Positions 1-10,539 of a stretch of 64,000 nucleotides of DNA are shown here, piece after piece. A program made the position numbers and the translations under genes. Positions within the stretch are counted from its first letter, which is position 1; each line of letters starts with the position of its first letter. The notes beneath the pieces were generated by a model that saw only the letters and a program-made list of their open reading frames with translations, did no database searches and was not told where the DNA came from. This DNA comes from Candidatus Latescibacterota bacterium. Its GTDB lineage: Bacteria; Latescibacterota; UBA2968; GCA-2709665. The DNA is taken from assembly GCA_965248435.1 (NCBI GenBank), contig OZ252100.1:4960001-5024000 (forward strand), given 5' to 3'.

Positions 1-798
1 TATCCCGCATCCAATCGAGAGTGGTCCATGGATAGGAAGGTCAAAGCCGCGAAGGAGGCCGGGTTCAAGGGCCTCAGTGCGCCCGCGGACGACGAAGTGA
101 TCGCGGCACTGCATAAGCACAAGATGGTCCACGTCGGAAACGTGGATGTCTCGACGGAGGGACAGGTCGCCCGCAGACTGAGGAAATTTCAGAAGGCGGG
201 TGCCGTGCACATCAACGTCCAGCTGTGTGACCACGATACCCCGGTCAAGACGTCCCTGCCCGTCGCCAGGAAGGTGATGGTCGTGGGGGATGAGCTGGGC
301 ATCAAGCCGGCCATCGAAGTTCACCGGGACACGTGCACGGAGACGCCCGAGAAGACCTTCGCCCTTGCAAAGGCCTACGAGAGGCGCTACAAGAAGAAGC
401 TGAGGATGAATTTCGATCATTCCCACCCCGCGATTATCAAACAGCTTCGTCCGCCTACCTACTGGAAGCGGCTTTCCGAACGCCTGGATCTCTTCCTGAT
501 GGCCGAGCTGATCCATCTGAGGCCGTTTACCGGGAGCCACTGCCAGACGCCGGTGACAAACGGTAAGGGCAAGCTGGACACCGATTTTAAAACCTGGCTG
601 GACAATTTCTGTGAGCCGGCCCTGAAGGCGTGGTTGAAGGGCGCCGGGCCGGGCAAGGAACTGTTCGCCGTCGTCGAGCTTGGGCCGAAGGGGTCTGGCT
701 ATGGGCTGGCCGTGTTCCCCGACATCTGGAAGGACGCGATTCGGGGGAGAAGAGAGATCGCGCGGGTGTTCAGGAGACTCGTCCAGGACTGGAAATAG
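1..798 (+). CDS. Xylose-isomerase-like TIM-barrel protein (sugar phosphate isomerase/epimerase family), probably 5'-partial
   Basis: ORF 28..798; frame is open back to position 1; AKEAGFKG, EVHRDT and FDHSH motifs fit AP-endonuclease-2 barrels. Confidence 0.65.
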   Translation, partial: YPASNREWSMDRKVKAAKEAGFKGLSAPADDEVIAALHKHKMVHVGNVDVSTEGQVARRLRKFQKAGAVHINVQLCDHDTPVKTSLPVARKVMVVGDELGIKPAIEVHRDTCTETPEKTFALAKAYERRYKKKLRMNFDHSHPAIIKQLRPPTYWKRLSERLDLFLMAELIHLRPFTGSHCQTPVTNGKGKLDTDFKTWLDNFCEPALKAWLKGAGPGKELFAVVELGPKGSGYGLAVFPDIWKDAIRGRREIARVFRRLVQDWK

Positions 799-832
799 GA
801 GTCGTTATCAGCGCCTGAAGCGGAGGACCGGC

Positions 833-1345
833 ATGAATCAGAAACAGCATCAACTGATGAAGATCCTTCAAAAGATCAGTGTGTTTCAAGGCCTCGAGAT
901 TTCGGAAGCCGAGCGCCTGATTCAAATTTGCAAGTTCCAGCAGTACGAAGATAATGAGCATATCTATAATGAGGGTCAGGCCAGCTCGGAGATGCTCGTC
1001 CTGATGCAGGGGAAGTTGCTTGTGGTCGGCCCAGCAGGTAACGTGTTCGGAGAGGTCAAGCCAGGGCAGCCGACCGGGGAGATGGGCGTCTTCACCGGGC
1101 ATCGCCGCTCGGCGAACATCGTTGCCGCCGAGAAGTCAGCTGCGCTTACGATCCAGAAGAAGGACCTCGACGAGCTTATGGATCAGGACCGCGAGATCAA
1201 GGCGAAGGTGCTTTCGAATGTGGTGGGCTTCCTTTCGCTGCGTCTCGAGGAATCCAACAAGCTGGTCGCGAAATACAGAACGGAAGTGGAAGAGCTGAAG
1301 GCGCAGGTTGCCGAGCAAGGTTCTCAGGTTTCCGAGGAAGGTTGA
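833..1345 (+). CDS. Cyclic nucleotide-binding domain protein
   Basis: ATG at 833 after GGAGG; cNMP-binding signature (IYNEG..SSEM...GEMG...RSANIVA) plus a coiled-coil tail. Confidence 0.8.
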   Translation: MNQKQHQLMKILQKISVFQGLEISEAERLIQICKFQQYEDNEHIYNEGQASSEMLVLMQGKLLVVGPAGNVFGEVKPGQPTGEMGVFTGHRRSANIVAAEKSAALTIQKKDLDELMDQDREIKAKVLSNVVGFLSLRLEESNKLVAKYRTEVEELKAQVAEQGSQVSEEG

Positions 1346-1371
1346 GAGGGTCGAATTCGCGCAGATGATGG

Positions 1372-1410
1372 AAGAGGGGCAGATCCAAGGATCCGCCCCT
1401 CTTTTGTTTC
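1372..1410 (+). terminator. Rho-independent terminator
   Basis: AAGAGGGGC..GCCCCTCTT stem followed by a T-rich tract, just after the stop at 1345. Confidence 0.7.
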
Positions 1411-1449
1411 TTCATATTATGACGATCTCGAAAGATCGTTGTTGATTAC

Positions 1450-2283
1450 CAGGGAGGGGTGCCCCGAAGGGCTTGCCCCTGCAAGATTTAAAGCAGGGGG
1501 CGGGGTGGGTTATATCGCGAGCACAAAAAATCATGCCTCCGGCGGCCGCACAATTGCGGATTTGGGATTGCGGAATGAAAGGCAAAAGGGCGTGTTTTCG
1601 GAATCAGAAAATAAATGTGGTAGGAGCCAGCTCCTGCTGGCGAACCCATGAATGGGGCTTCGCATTCGAGGGTTTCCGATCGATGAATCGGTCGTGTCCC
1701 ACAGGACACGACCTGAGACGATCCACCAACGACGGCCCTTGCCTCCGGCGGAGAGGCCAGTTCCCTCCTGGTCGGGGTGGGTAATATCGCGAACTTCACA
1801 ACATCATGCCTCCGGCGGCCCGCCCGTCGGCTCGCTGTCTTCGATCACGAACTCGCCGTGGATAATCACGAAGTCGATGCCGACAGGCTTCTGAATGTTA
1901 CCGGTACCCAACTTTTCTTGCTCGCCCAAGAAAAGGCCTACCGCAACCGCCACCCTGGGGCACAGCGCGGCTGTGCCCCTACACTCCAAGATTTCGCCGC
2001 AGGGGCGCGGCGTGCCGCGCCCGAGGACAAAAGAAAGGCGCCCCTCAGGCGCCGGGGAGGCTTCGGCCGCGGTACCTCACCCTCAGTGGCATAAACAGTC
2101 CACGGCAGGAGGGCCAAATCCTCACCACGCGCTCGCGATCACTGAGGAACCCACCCGCTGGGAGGAGAAATGGGCTGGTTGCATCGGAGTCGCACACCGC
2201 GGCCCCGACGGTTTTGAGCGATGACATTGCTTTCGTTCAATTCTTCCCCCTTTATCAAAGGGGGACCGAGGGGGATTTCGAAA
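1450..2283 (+). repeat. Mosaic palindromic repeat cluster (core element variant 1, GTAG REPs, deacylase-derived module)
   Basis: Modules recur near-identically at 23450-23960, 29826-29948 and 31010-31430. Confidence 0.9.
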
Positions 2284-2293
2284 TGTATCACAA

Positions 2294-3256
2294 TTATTGT
2301 TTTTGTACGAGATAGCCGAGGCGTTTGTCCACGACGTTCAGGAGGGGTTCGCCTTCCAAATAACGGCGGAGGTTTTCAACGAAGATGTCACCCTGGTTGT
2401 CCCAGCCTTCTGCTGACCAGCCTGCGACGTGGGGGGTGAGGACGACGTTCTCCATGTCCCACAACGGGCTGGACTCTGGGAGCGGCTCTTGTTCGAATAC
2501 GTCCAGCCCGGCGCCCCCGATCTTGTTCGACTGAAGCGCCTGGATGAGGTCGGATTCGTTGATGATGCCGCCTCGGGCCACGTTGACGACCAGGGCCGTC
2601 TCTTTCATGTGGTCGAAACACTCCGCATTCAGGAGCCCTTTCGTCCTCGCATTCAGAGGCAGGGCCACGGCGACGACATCTGCTAGAGAAAGGGCTTCCA
2701 GCATGCCCTCCGGTTTGAAGATTCGATCCACGCCTTCAGGAGGCGTTTCTACCTGCGCGTCTACCGCGATGACCTCCATGCCCAGTGCGTGGAGTCGACT
2801 GACCATGCCCCGCCCGATGCTGCCGAGCCCGAGGACGCAGACGCACTTTCCCTCGATCTGGGTGACTGTGCGATTCCGCTCCCACGTCCGGGTTTTGCGG
2901 TTTCGCTCGAAGTGAGAGATCAGGCGGGTAGAAGCCAGTATCAGCGAGATTGCGTGCTCCGCCATCGCCGTGTCGTAGGCCCCGGCGGTGTTGGTCATGA
3001 TGACGTCGCTTTCGATCATCTCAGGGTAGAGCATGGTCTCGAACCCGACCCCGATGCTCTGGACCCAGCGAAGCTGCTTGGCGGCCAGGAAGGCGTCCCT
3101 CGGAATCCGACCGTAGACCACCTCCGCATCCCCGACTTCGCTCATCAGGTCGGCATCCTTCACTGCGATTGCGTTTACCCTGGGTGATATCTCCCGCATG
3201 GCGGGGACCCACCTATCCCATTCCCCTTCCATCATCACGAGCTTGATTTCTGACAC
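2294..3256 (-). CDS. D-2-hydroxyacid dehydrogenase
   Basis: GLGSIG Rossmann motif, NVARG, LDVFEQEPLP, TPHVAG. Confidence 0.92.
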   Translation of the reverse strand: MSEIKLVMMEGEWDRWVPAMREISPRVNAIAVKDADLMSEVGDAEVVYGRIPRDAFLAAKQLRWVQSIGVGFETMLYPEMIESDVIMTNTAGAYDTAMAEHAISLILASTRLISHFERNRKTRTWERNRTVTQIEGKCVCVLGLGSIGRGMVSRLHALGMEVIAVDAQVETPPEGVDRIFKPEGMLEALSLADVVAVALPLNARTKGLLNAECFDHMKETALVVNVARGGIINESDLIQALQSNKIGGAGLDVFEQEPLPESSPLWDMENVVLTPHVAGWSAEGWDNQGDIFVENLRRYLEGEPLLNVVDKRLGYLVQKQ

Positions 3257-3365
3257 GAGCGATCCCTTTCTCCAGTTGTTTGTGAAACGCTAGGGGTAGG
3301 ATCAAACGTTTGCAAATCGGGGGGCAAAATGCCTTGGACATTCGCCTGTCACCACAACTTCCCCG

Positions 3366-3660
3366 TGCCTCCGGCGGCCTACTTGTCTCGCCACAAGAAA
3401 AGTAGGCAAAAGAAAGGCGCCGCTCAAGCGCCGCGGAGGCTTGGGCCGCGGCACCTTACCCTCAGCGGACCGATCGGACGCAGCAAAAGCCCATACTCCT
3501 CCCCCCACCTTACGCCCGCTGTGGGACCCGCCCCCACTCCGCGAATTTCCATTCGCCCCTGCCAACACCCCGAACCCCGCACCGTCCCACAGAGGGCCCC
3601 AACCCCTTGGGAGAACGAACATTGGTGGTCGCAAAGGAGTCGCACACCGCGGCCCTGAGG
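3366..3660 (+). repeat. Core repeat element, internal variant 3
   Basis: Runs from GCCTCCGGCGGCC to GAGTCGCACACCGCGGCCC with a unique longer internal module. Confidence 0.85.
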
Positions 3661-3791
3661 CATTCGGCGGACCCACCGCAATTGCAATCGTCGCAACGCG
3701 CGGACTTGCGAGATTTCCTGAGTTCACGTATCATTATGCCGCTATGAGAAACCATGATATGAAAAAATCCTCAGTTCGCAAGGAGTAGCCG

Positions 3792-4784
3792 ATGGCGGGA
3801 AGGGTTAACGTCTACGGAATCGGAAACGCCCTGGTAGACATCCAGTATCGCGTCGAACCGGACTACCTGGCCAGGATGCAGATCGAAAAGGGCGTGATGA
3901 CGCTGATCGAGGAAGCGCGCCATCACGAGCTGGTCGAGGGTCTCCAGGCGCTTTCTTCTGAACGTGCTTCAGGTGGCTCGGCGGCGAACACGATGATCGC
4001 GGTGGCCAACATGGGCGGAAGCGCCCACTATGGGTGCAAGGTCGCCCGGGATGAATTTGGCGATTTTTATCTGAATGACCTGGAAGCAGCCGGGGTGGGG
4101 TCCGATCCGTCTAATCGCGGGGAAGGGATAACGGGAAAGTGCCTGGTCTTCATCACGCCCGATGCGGATCGAACCATGAACACCTTCCTTGGCATCACGA
4201 GCACGTTCGGGCCCGACCAGATCGACGAAGAGGTCGTGAGCCAGAGCGACTATCTCTACATCGAAGGCTACCTGCTTTCCTCCGATACCGGGTTCGAGGC
4301 GGCGCTTCTGGCTCAGTCGCAGGCGCACGACCACGGGACGCCTGTCGCGATTACGCTGAGTGATCCCTTCATCGTGAGTGTCTTCAAGGAGCGTGTGCAG
4401 ACGATTCTGGAGCGCGGGGTGGATCTCCTCTTTTGCAATGATGCGGAAGCGATGGCCTACACGGAAACCTCAAAGATCGATGAAGCCTGTTCGGCCCTTT
4501 CCCGGGCGGTGGGATTCTTCGCGGTGACGTGCGGAGCCAGGGGGGCCGTGATCGGTGATCGAGATCGAACCATGGAGGTAGACGGCTTCAAGGTGGACGC
4601 AGTGGACACGAATGGCGCGGGGGATTCGTTCGCGGGTGCGTACCTGTTCGGGATCACGAACGGGTACGATGTTGGCGACGCGGGGAAGCTCGCGACCTAT
4701 GTCTCTTCCCGTGTCGTCGCCAAGTACGGGCCCCGGCTTGACGCCTCTCTTAAAGGAGAAGTGGACCGGATTCTATCTCTCTAA
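3792..4784 (+). CDS. PfkB-family (adenosine kinase-like) kinase
   Basis: GNALVD, GGSAANT and DTNGAGDSF motifs. Confidence 0.9.
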   Translation: MAGRVNVYGIGNALVDIQYRVEPDYLARMQIEKGVMTLIEEARHHELVEGLQALSSERASGGSAANTMIAVANMGGSAHYGCKVARDEFGDFYLNDLEAAGVGSDPSNRGEGITGKCLVFITPDADRTMNTFLGITSTFGPDQIDEEVVSQSDYLYIEGYLLSSDTGFEAALLAQSQAHDHGTPVAITLSDPFIVSVFKERVQTILERGVDLLFCNDAEAMAYTETSKIDEACSALSRAVGFFAVTCGARGAVIGDRDRTMEVDGFKVDAVDTNGAGDSFAGAYLFGITNGYDVGDAGKLATYVSSRVVAKYGPRLDASLKGEVDRILSL

Positions 4785-6051
4785 GTTGGCCCCGCGACTC
4801 GCTGAATGGGAATGTCGTCTTCTGACGGCATTCCCACCTCTCCGTTCTCCGCCTTCCAGATTACCGGCATCGTCGTGGCTACACCCACCACAGAGGCTAC
4901 CGCGGCCGCTCCAAACAGCCCCACCGCGAGGGGCGCCCCCATTCCTTCTGCCATCGCTCCCAAGGTCAATTTTCCCACAGGTCCAAACCCGATCGCGAGC
5001 GCAACCGCCCCCATGGCACGGCTTCGCATCTCGTCAGAGGCCCGAAGCAGCACGATTGAGCTTTGCATAATCCCGAACCAGGACTGGCCGACCCCGAAAA
5101 GGAACATCAGTGCTATAGATAGATGAAAATTCGTAGAGGCCGAAAACCCGATCACGGTCGTTGACATCACGAAGGCACCAAGGCAGTAGACCCACCCGTT
5201 GCCGATCGATCGCCGCATCCTGTTGATGAGGAGCAGTGCAAGCAGCGAGCCGAGCCCGGGGGCCTTCCGAGGATACCGAGTCCGACCGGACCCTGTCCCA
5301 GAATATCTCGAGCGAATATTGGGTGGAGCACCTTGTGAGGGAAGATCAGGAAGTTCATGGCAGCCGTGATCAGCAGGGCTGCGAGGATCAAACGGCTGCC
5401 GATGATGTAAGCCAGGCCGCCCAGGATCTGTTTGCCGGGAGAAGCTCCGGGTGTTTTGAACTGGGGAGCGTCGGGCACCGAAATGCGGGTCGTGAAGAAC
5501 AGCCCGATTCCCGAAAAGACCGTCATCATCGCAAAGCAGCCCACGGGACCCGCGGCATCGATCAGGAATCCTGCCGTAAAGGGGCCCAGGAGCCGCGCGA
5601 TACTCTGGAAGAAGCTGTCCAAAAGTACACCGTCTACAATCCTGGACTTTCCCACCAGATCGGGCATCAGTGAGCGCCGAGTCGGGAAATCCACGGCCCA
5701 CCCGATGCCGAGGATGAAGGAGCCGACCGCAAGGTGCCAGAAAGAGAGCGTGTCGGTCCACAGGAGGAGGACGATGGCGAACTGGACAAGGAAATTCAGT
5801 CCCTGGCTGAGCCCCACCAACCTCACGCGACCGAATCGGTCTCCGATCGGTCCTGAGAAAAAGCCGATGAACATCAGCGGCGCGGCGCGATAAAAACCGA
5901 TGAGAGAAACCATCCAGGCCGAATTCGTCAATTCCAGGGTGAGCCACCCGACGACGATCATCTCCATCCACATGCAAAGCCACCAGAGCGTGTTGCTGCT
6001 CAGCAGGAATCGATAGCTCGGGTTGGCGAGCGGCGCCAATCCCCCGCTCAT
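4781..6051 (-). pseudogene. MFS transporter with a frameshift near 5265
   Basis: N-terminal half in ORF 5167..6051 (GDRFGRV motif, TM helices); C-terminal helices continue in another frame (APGLGSLL...MRSRAMG) to 4781. Confidence 0.75.
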
Positions 6052-6077
6052 GATGGAGGTTTTCTTATTTTCAGTCA

Positions 6078-7132
6078 GCTGGATTCAATGACTAAGTGCA
6101 ACACTTGGACTTGAAGACTTCAGCTGGTGTTTTGAAGTTAAGACATTTTCTTGGTCGGTTGTTGATCCGGTTCTGAATTTTCTTTAACTCGTGTTTGCTG
6201 ACCTTTGAGAAGTCTGTCTTCTTGGGGAGGTATCTGCGGACCAGACCGATAGCGTTTTCCACAGCGCCTCGCTCCCAGCTGTGGAACGGTTTGCAGAAAT
6301 AGGATTTGGTGCCAAGCACCTCGTTGACCCGTTGATGTTGGCCGTTTTCGGATCCGTTGTCATATGTGATGCTCTTCCTCATGTGGGGAGGATGTCGCCC
6401 AAGGCGTCGATTAATCGCTTCGGCGACCTCCGAGGGTCCGTTCTTTGCCAGCTTAGCCAGGTGTAGGTATCTCGACGATCGCTCAAGACAAGCGCCAACG
6501 GCCTGTTTGCTCTCACGAGAGATGATGGTGTCGGATTCCCAGTGGCCAGGTTGTTTCCGTTTTTCGATGTAACGGGGACGTCGATCGATCGAAATACGGC
6601 CTGGAATGTGGCTTTCCCGGTGTTTTCGGGTATGCCACCGCGGCTTTCGTTTTTTGTGAGCTCGGGATAAGCAAGCAACCAGATCCCGCTGCTTGTGCAC
6701 CTTTGGATCGTAGATATACTGGTAGATGGCTTCGTGGCTGATACCCGCGCTCGGACGCTCCTCGGGAAGCCTCCCAGCGATCAACTCGGGAGACCATCCT
6801 TGCTTGAGTTTGGTCTCGACATATCGCCGGATAACCGGATTCTTCAGCCGTTTCCGCTTGCCGGCCTCCCGCTTACGTTTCTCAGCCCTTCTGTGAGCCT
6901 GGAGGCCCGAGTAACTCTCAGCTATCGGGGACGGATTACGTTTCAACTCTCTTGAAATCGTGCTGGCGCTCCGGTCAAGGGCCTTGGCAATATCTCTAAG
7001 GCTTGCACCAGTGGCTCGACAAAGCGCAATCTGCTCGCGTTCGTCTATCGTAAGATGCTTGTAATTGTTTCCCATACACTTAGGATAGGACAGTTGCTAC
7101 CCTAAGTGTTGCACTTCCTTATTGAACTCAGG
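6078..7132 (-). mobile_element. IS30-family insertion sequence
   Basis: Imperfect terminal inverted repeats GCTGGATTCAATGACTAAGTGCAACACTT / AAGTGTTGCACTTCCTTATTGAACTCAGG; 3-bp TCA duplication at 6075-6077 and 7133-7135. Confidence 0.9.
6092..7075 (-). CDS. IS30-family transposase
   Basis: HTH (IAKALDRSASTISRELKRN), WSPELI, GHWESD, TYDNGSE, WERGAVEN, NNRPRKCL. Confidence 0.95.
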   Translation of the reverse strand: MGNNYKHLTIDEREQIALCRATGASLRDIAKALDRSASTISRELKRNPSPIAESYSGLQAHRRAEKRKREAGKRKRLKNPVIRRYVETKLKQGWSPELIAGRLPEERPSAGISHEAIYQYIYDPKVHKQRDLVACLSRAHKKRKPRWHTRKHRESHIPGRISIDRRPRYIEKRKQPGHWESDTIISRESKQAVGACLERSSRYLHLAKLAKNGPSEVAEAINRRLGRHPPHMRKSITYDNGSENGQHQRVNEVLGTKSYFCKPFHSWERGAVENAIGLVRRYLPKKTDFSKVSKHELKKIQNRINNRPRKCLNFKTPAEVFKSKCCT

Positions 7133-7202
7133 TCATGGATAGCAATCAGATCGAAGAGGCTGCGCCATCAGGTGGGCCTGGACCACGGCGCGGTCAAATT
7201 TA

Positions 7203-7760
7203 TTCGCCGCCAGGAGGCGGCTCCTACCGGATCTACCGGTGTTTGAATTCATGTCATTCCCTCAAGTCATGTATAAGGTAGGAGCCAGCTCCTGCTGGCG
7301 AACCCCTGAATGGGGGATTCATATTCAAGGGGCATATCAAACGAGGATCACAAGGTTCACAAAATCATGCCTCCGGCGGCCTACCCTTCGGCAGGCTCAG
7401 GGCATGCTTTTCTTGCTCGCCCAAGAAAAGTTGGACAAAAGAAAGGCTCCCCTCAGCCCCTCGATACACCGATCGCTCCCAGAAGCGGTCGCGGTCGGCA
7501 CTCGGGGGCTATTTTTCCGCTGAACCGTCCCAGTGGCCTTAGAGAGATAAGTGTCCTTGGATCTTTTGCGGCCTCTAAGAACGAGGGTGCTTGACGGATA
7601 AGCGCGGAAAAGTCCCACCCCACCCCAAACAGGTGGGTTTCTTCGCGCCTTTCGTGCTTCTTCGTGTCCTTCGTGATCCAGCGTTTGCGATCCACGAACG
7701 ACGGCCTTAGCCTCCGGCGGCCATTGTATGCGTAGGAGCCAACTCCCGTTGGCGACGGGA
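7203..7760 (+). repeat. Mosaic repeat cluster (three GTAG REP hairpins, variant-4 module)
   Basis: GTAGGAGCC hairpins at 7203 (reverse), 7278 and 7732; modules shared with 15606-15900. Confidence 0.85.
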
Positions 7761-7781
7761 AAAATCACGACGTTGGAAGAA

Positions 7782-9242
7782 CTACCCGAAGAGCTTCCAG
7801 AAGAGACCCCATCCGCTGACGCAGGCCGACGTGATCAGGATCGCCGCGGACACAAGTGCGCCCAGAAGCACGGGGGGGCGAGTGCGATACGGACGCGGCA
7901 GTTTGAAGTTGAGATAGATGGCCGCGATCATGATCAAAGCGATGGCGAAGTTGGCGAGCATGAAGCCCGCGATTTGGGTCAGGATGTCGAAGGGAATGTT
8001 GAGCCAGACGATGACCATGGTCGTGGCGAGGAGGTAGACGCTGATGATGTGGCGTAGTTTCTGGTAATTCCATTCGCGATGGGGCCACACGGCCTGAAAA
8101 AACTCGTGCGTGACGCGCGTGTAGATTTCCGGCAGGGCCTGAAGGGTGCCCCACAACGCGGCAACGATGTAGATGTAATAGACGACAACCAGAGACGGGT
8201 GGATGTTGGCCCAGACGTGCGCCTGGTTCGTGAGAAGACTCCATCCCTCGAATCTGGACTCGAGGGGGTAGAGCACGGCCGCACCAGAGAGCATGAAGGC
8301 AGCGGTCACGACGAACAACACGAGCGCTCCCATGCCTACGTCCCATCGCATCGGGGCCGTGAGGTGACGAAGATGAGCTACGGCGTCTGGAGAATCGGGG
8401 AGGTAATCGATCTCGTCCTGAGAGGAGGCGTGTTGGCGGATCTCTTCGATTTTTTCGTGGCCCGTCAAACCCCATCCGTGTAATCCGACCCAGTTGGCGT
8501 AGACGATGTATCCCATGACCGATCCACCGACGTATCCAAACGCGGTCCCCATGGTCAACATGGGGTGGCGGATCGCGTCTTCAGGTGCCCAGGCCGGGAA
8601 GGGAGGCAGATAGCCGAAGCTGAGGCTGCCGGTGAACGCGTCCGAAAAGTCGGGCCGGACGAGCAGGGTCCCGAAAATGGTACCGCAGACCAGAATAAAA
8701 CAGATGGCCAGCTGCTGCTTTTCCAGCCTGTCGTACGAAAGTCGCAGACCGAGCGTCAGGGCGAGTATGATAAAGAGGGAGGTAATCAGGTTTTCCAAAA
8801 CCGTTTCCGAAATCGAAGTGGCGACGCCCTGGAAGAACAGGTAGTAAAACAGGTCTCCACACGGTTTGGCGATGGGCACCCAGGCCAGCGGTGCCCCGAT
8901 CATTTCGATGAGGACCATGGCAATAAGCAGCCAACCGCGGGGACCGGGGAGGTGTACGAGTCTGTGCCCGATGTATTCGCCTGTAAAGGCGGTGTAACGG
9001 CCCAACAGGTAGGTGACGAACAGGCCTTTGACGACACAGCTGAGCAGGACGAGCCACAGGAGATTGTAGCCCGCCCAGGCCCCGGCCCTCACGACGACGA
9101 TCGTCTCTCCTGCCCCGATACTGGCCGAGGCGACGATGGCGGCGGGACCGAATACCGCGAGCAGAGCCCAGAGTTTGCGCAGGGACCAGGGCTCGGCGAA
9201 GACGCCCTTGACAGGAGGGATCTCTATCTTGCGTGTGTTCAC
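7782..9242 (-). CDS. Nramp/APC-fold transporter
   Basis: FGPAAIVASASIGAGE motif and about 11 TM helices; GTG start at 9242 preferred because the longer ORF start lies in repeat DNA. Confidence 0.75.
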   Translation of the reverse strand: MNTRKIEIPPVKGVFAEPWSLRKLWALLAVFGPAAIVASASIGAGETIVVVRAGAWAGYNLLWLVLLSCVVKGLFVTYLLGRYTAFTGEYIGHRLVHLPGPRGWLLIAMVLIEMIGAPLAWVPIAKPCGDLFYYLFFQGVATSISETVLENLITSLFIILALTLGLRLSYDRLEKQQLAICFILVCGTIFGTLLVRPDFSDAFTGSLSFGYLPPFPAWAPEDAIRHPMLTMGTAFGYVGGSVMGYIVYANWVGLHGWGLTGHEKIEEIRQHASSQDEIDYLPDSPDAVAHLRHLTAPMRWDVGMGALVLFVVTAAFMLSGAAVLYPLESRFEGWSLLTNQAHVWANIHPSLVVVYYIYIVAALWGTLQALPEIYTRVTHEFFQAVWPHREWNYQKLRHIISVYLLATTMVIVWLNIPFDILTQIAGFMLANFAIALIMIAAIYLNFKLPRPYRTRPPVLLGALVSAAILITSACVSGWGLFWKLFG

Positions 9243-9324
9243 GGCTGGCCGATTCCAGGCGGTGTCGGACGGATGGTCGACATGGAAAAAATCTCCCCTG
9301 CCCCCTCTCGCGACGCTGCGCGGG

Positions 9325-9640
9325 TCCCCTCCCGGGAGGGGTGCCCCGAAGGGGCGGGGTGGGTGCAATCAGGATCTCTGAACAACATGCCTCCGGCGGC
9401 CAACCCTTCGGCAGGCTCAGGGCATGCTTTTCTTGCTCTCGCCCAAGAAAAGTAGGCAAAAGAAGGGCGCCCCTCAGGCGCCGGGGAGGCTCCGGCCGCG
9501 GCACCTCACCCTCAGTGGTATAAACAGTCCACGGCAGGAGGGTCAAATCCTCACCACGCGCTCGCGATCACTGAGGAACCAACCCGCTGGGAGGAGAAAT
9601 GGGCTGGTTGCATCGGAGTCGCACACCGCGGCCCCGATTG
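9325..9640 (+). repeat. Core repeat element, variant 1
   Basis: Near-identical to the other variant-1 copies. Confidence 0.9.
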
Positions 9641-9727
9641 CATTTGCGAGTATAAGGCACATTGGTGAAGGTACGTATGTTGGAGAGAGAGGCGAGCGTT
9701 CAGATGGCAGGACTCTGGCGAGTGACC

Positions 9728-10489
9728 TCATATCATCAGGTCGCCGCCGTTGATGTCGAGGGAGGCGCCCGTTATGTATGCCGCCTGGTCGCTCGCGAGA
9801 AAGGCGACGAGGTCGGCGACTTCCTGGGGTTGTCCGAGGCGCGAAATGGGAAAGACGTTCTCGAAATGCTTGATGCGCTCTTCGTCGATCGTGTTGCGAA
9901 CCATTTCGGTGTCGATCAGGCCCGGGCAGACCGAGTTGACCGTGATGCCGAACCCGGCCTCTTCCTTGGCCAGGTGCCGTGTAAAGCCGAGGATTCCGGC
10001 CTTTGCGGCCGTGTAATGGGCGCCACCGACCGTGCTGATGTTCTTGCCTGCCGTTGAGGAGAAGTTGACGATCCGGCCCCAACCGGCGGCCCGCATGCTG
10101 GGCAGGACGGCCTGTGAACAAAGGAAGGTGCCTTTCAGGTTCACTGCGATCACGCGATCCCACTCCGCTTCTTCGATGTCGATCACCGGCGTGGGATACA
10201 GGATGCCGGCGTTGTTGATGAGGATGTGGATCGGCCCGAAACGGTCCTGGGTCTGGCGGACCATCTCTCGAACATTTTCGGAGCGGGTGACGTCGCCCTG
10301 GATGGCGACGGCCTCCGCGCCTGAATTTTGGAGGGCTTCCGCTGTCGTGTCCGCGCGGTTTTGATCGAGATCGTTGACGACGATGCGCGCGCCGCGGGAG
10401 GCGAGGGTTTCGGCGACGGCGCGGCCCATGCCCTGGCCTGCGCCCGTGATGAGGGCGGTTCTGCCTTCAAGTGATGATGAGTTTGGCAA
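9728..10489 (-). CDS. SDR family oxidoreductase (FabG-like)
   Basis: TGAGQGMG, NNAGI, YTAAK; TTG start at 10489, upstream extension is repeat-derived. Confidence 0.9.
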   Translation of the reverse strand: MPNSSSLEGRTALITGAGQGMGRAVAETLASRGARIVVNDLDQNRADTTAEALQNSGAEAVAIQGDVTRSENVREMVRQTQDRFGPIHILINNAGILYPTPVIDIEEAEWDRVIAVNLKGTFLCSQAVLPSMRAAGWGRIVNFSSTAGKNISTVGGAHYTAAKAGILGFTRHLAKEEAGFGITVNSVCPGLIDTEMVRNTIDEERIKHFENVFPISRLGQPQEVADLVAFLASDQAAYITGASLDINGGDLMI

Positions 10490-10539
10490 GCGTCTCTCTT
10501 TGTTGAATGTCAAAATCATTCCCTCCACCCCACAACCCC

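Noticed and set aside
2176-2210. Group II intron ends (GTGCG on the minus strand, GTCGCAC resembling domain V)
   Set aside because: No domain V catalytic stem, no domain VI, no RT ORF, and the element is far too short
1439-2227. Recurring short ORFs in repeat clusters (MPPAAYFSCLATRK..., MPRPRTKERR..., MSSLKTVGAAVCDS...)
   Set aside because: They are translations of repeat DNA; frames, starts and stops differ between copies and there is no consistent RBS
9243-9368. Long N-terminal extensions in the ORF track (Nramp, SDR, queF, DUF6785)
   Set aside because: The extensions run into repeat DNA; downstream starts fit the family lengths better
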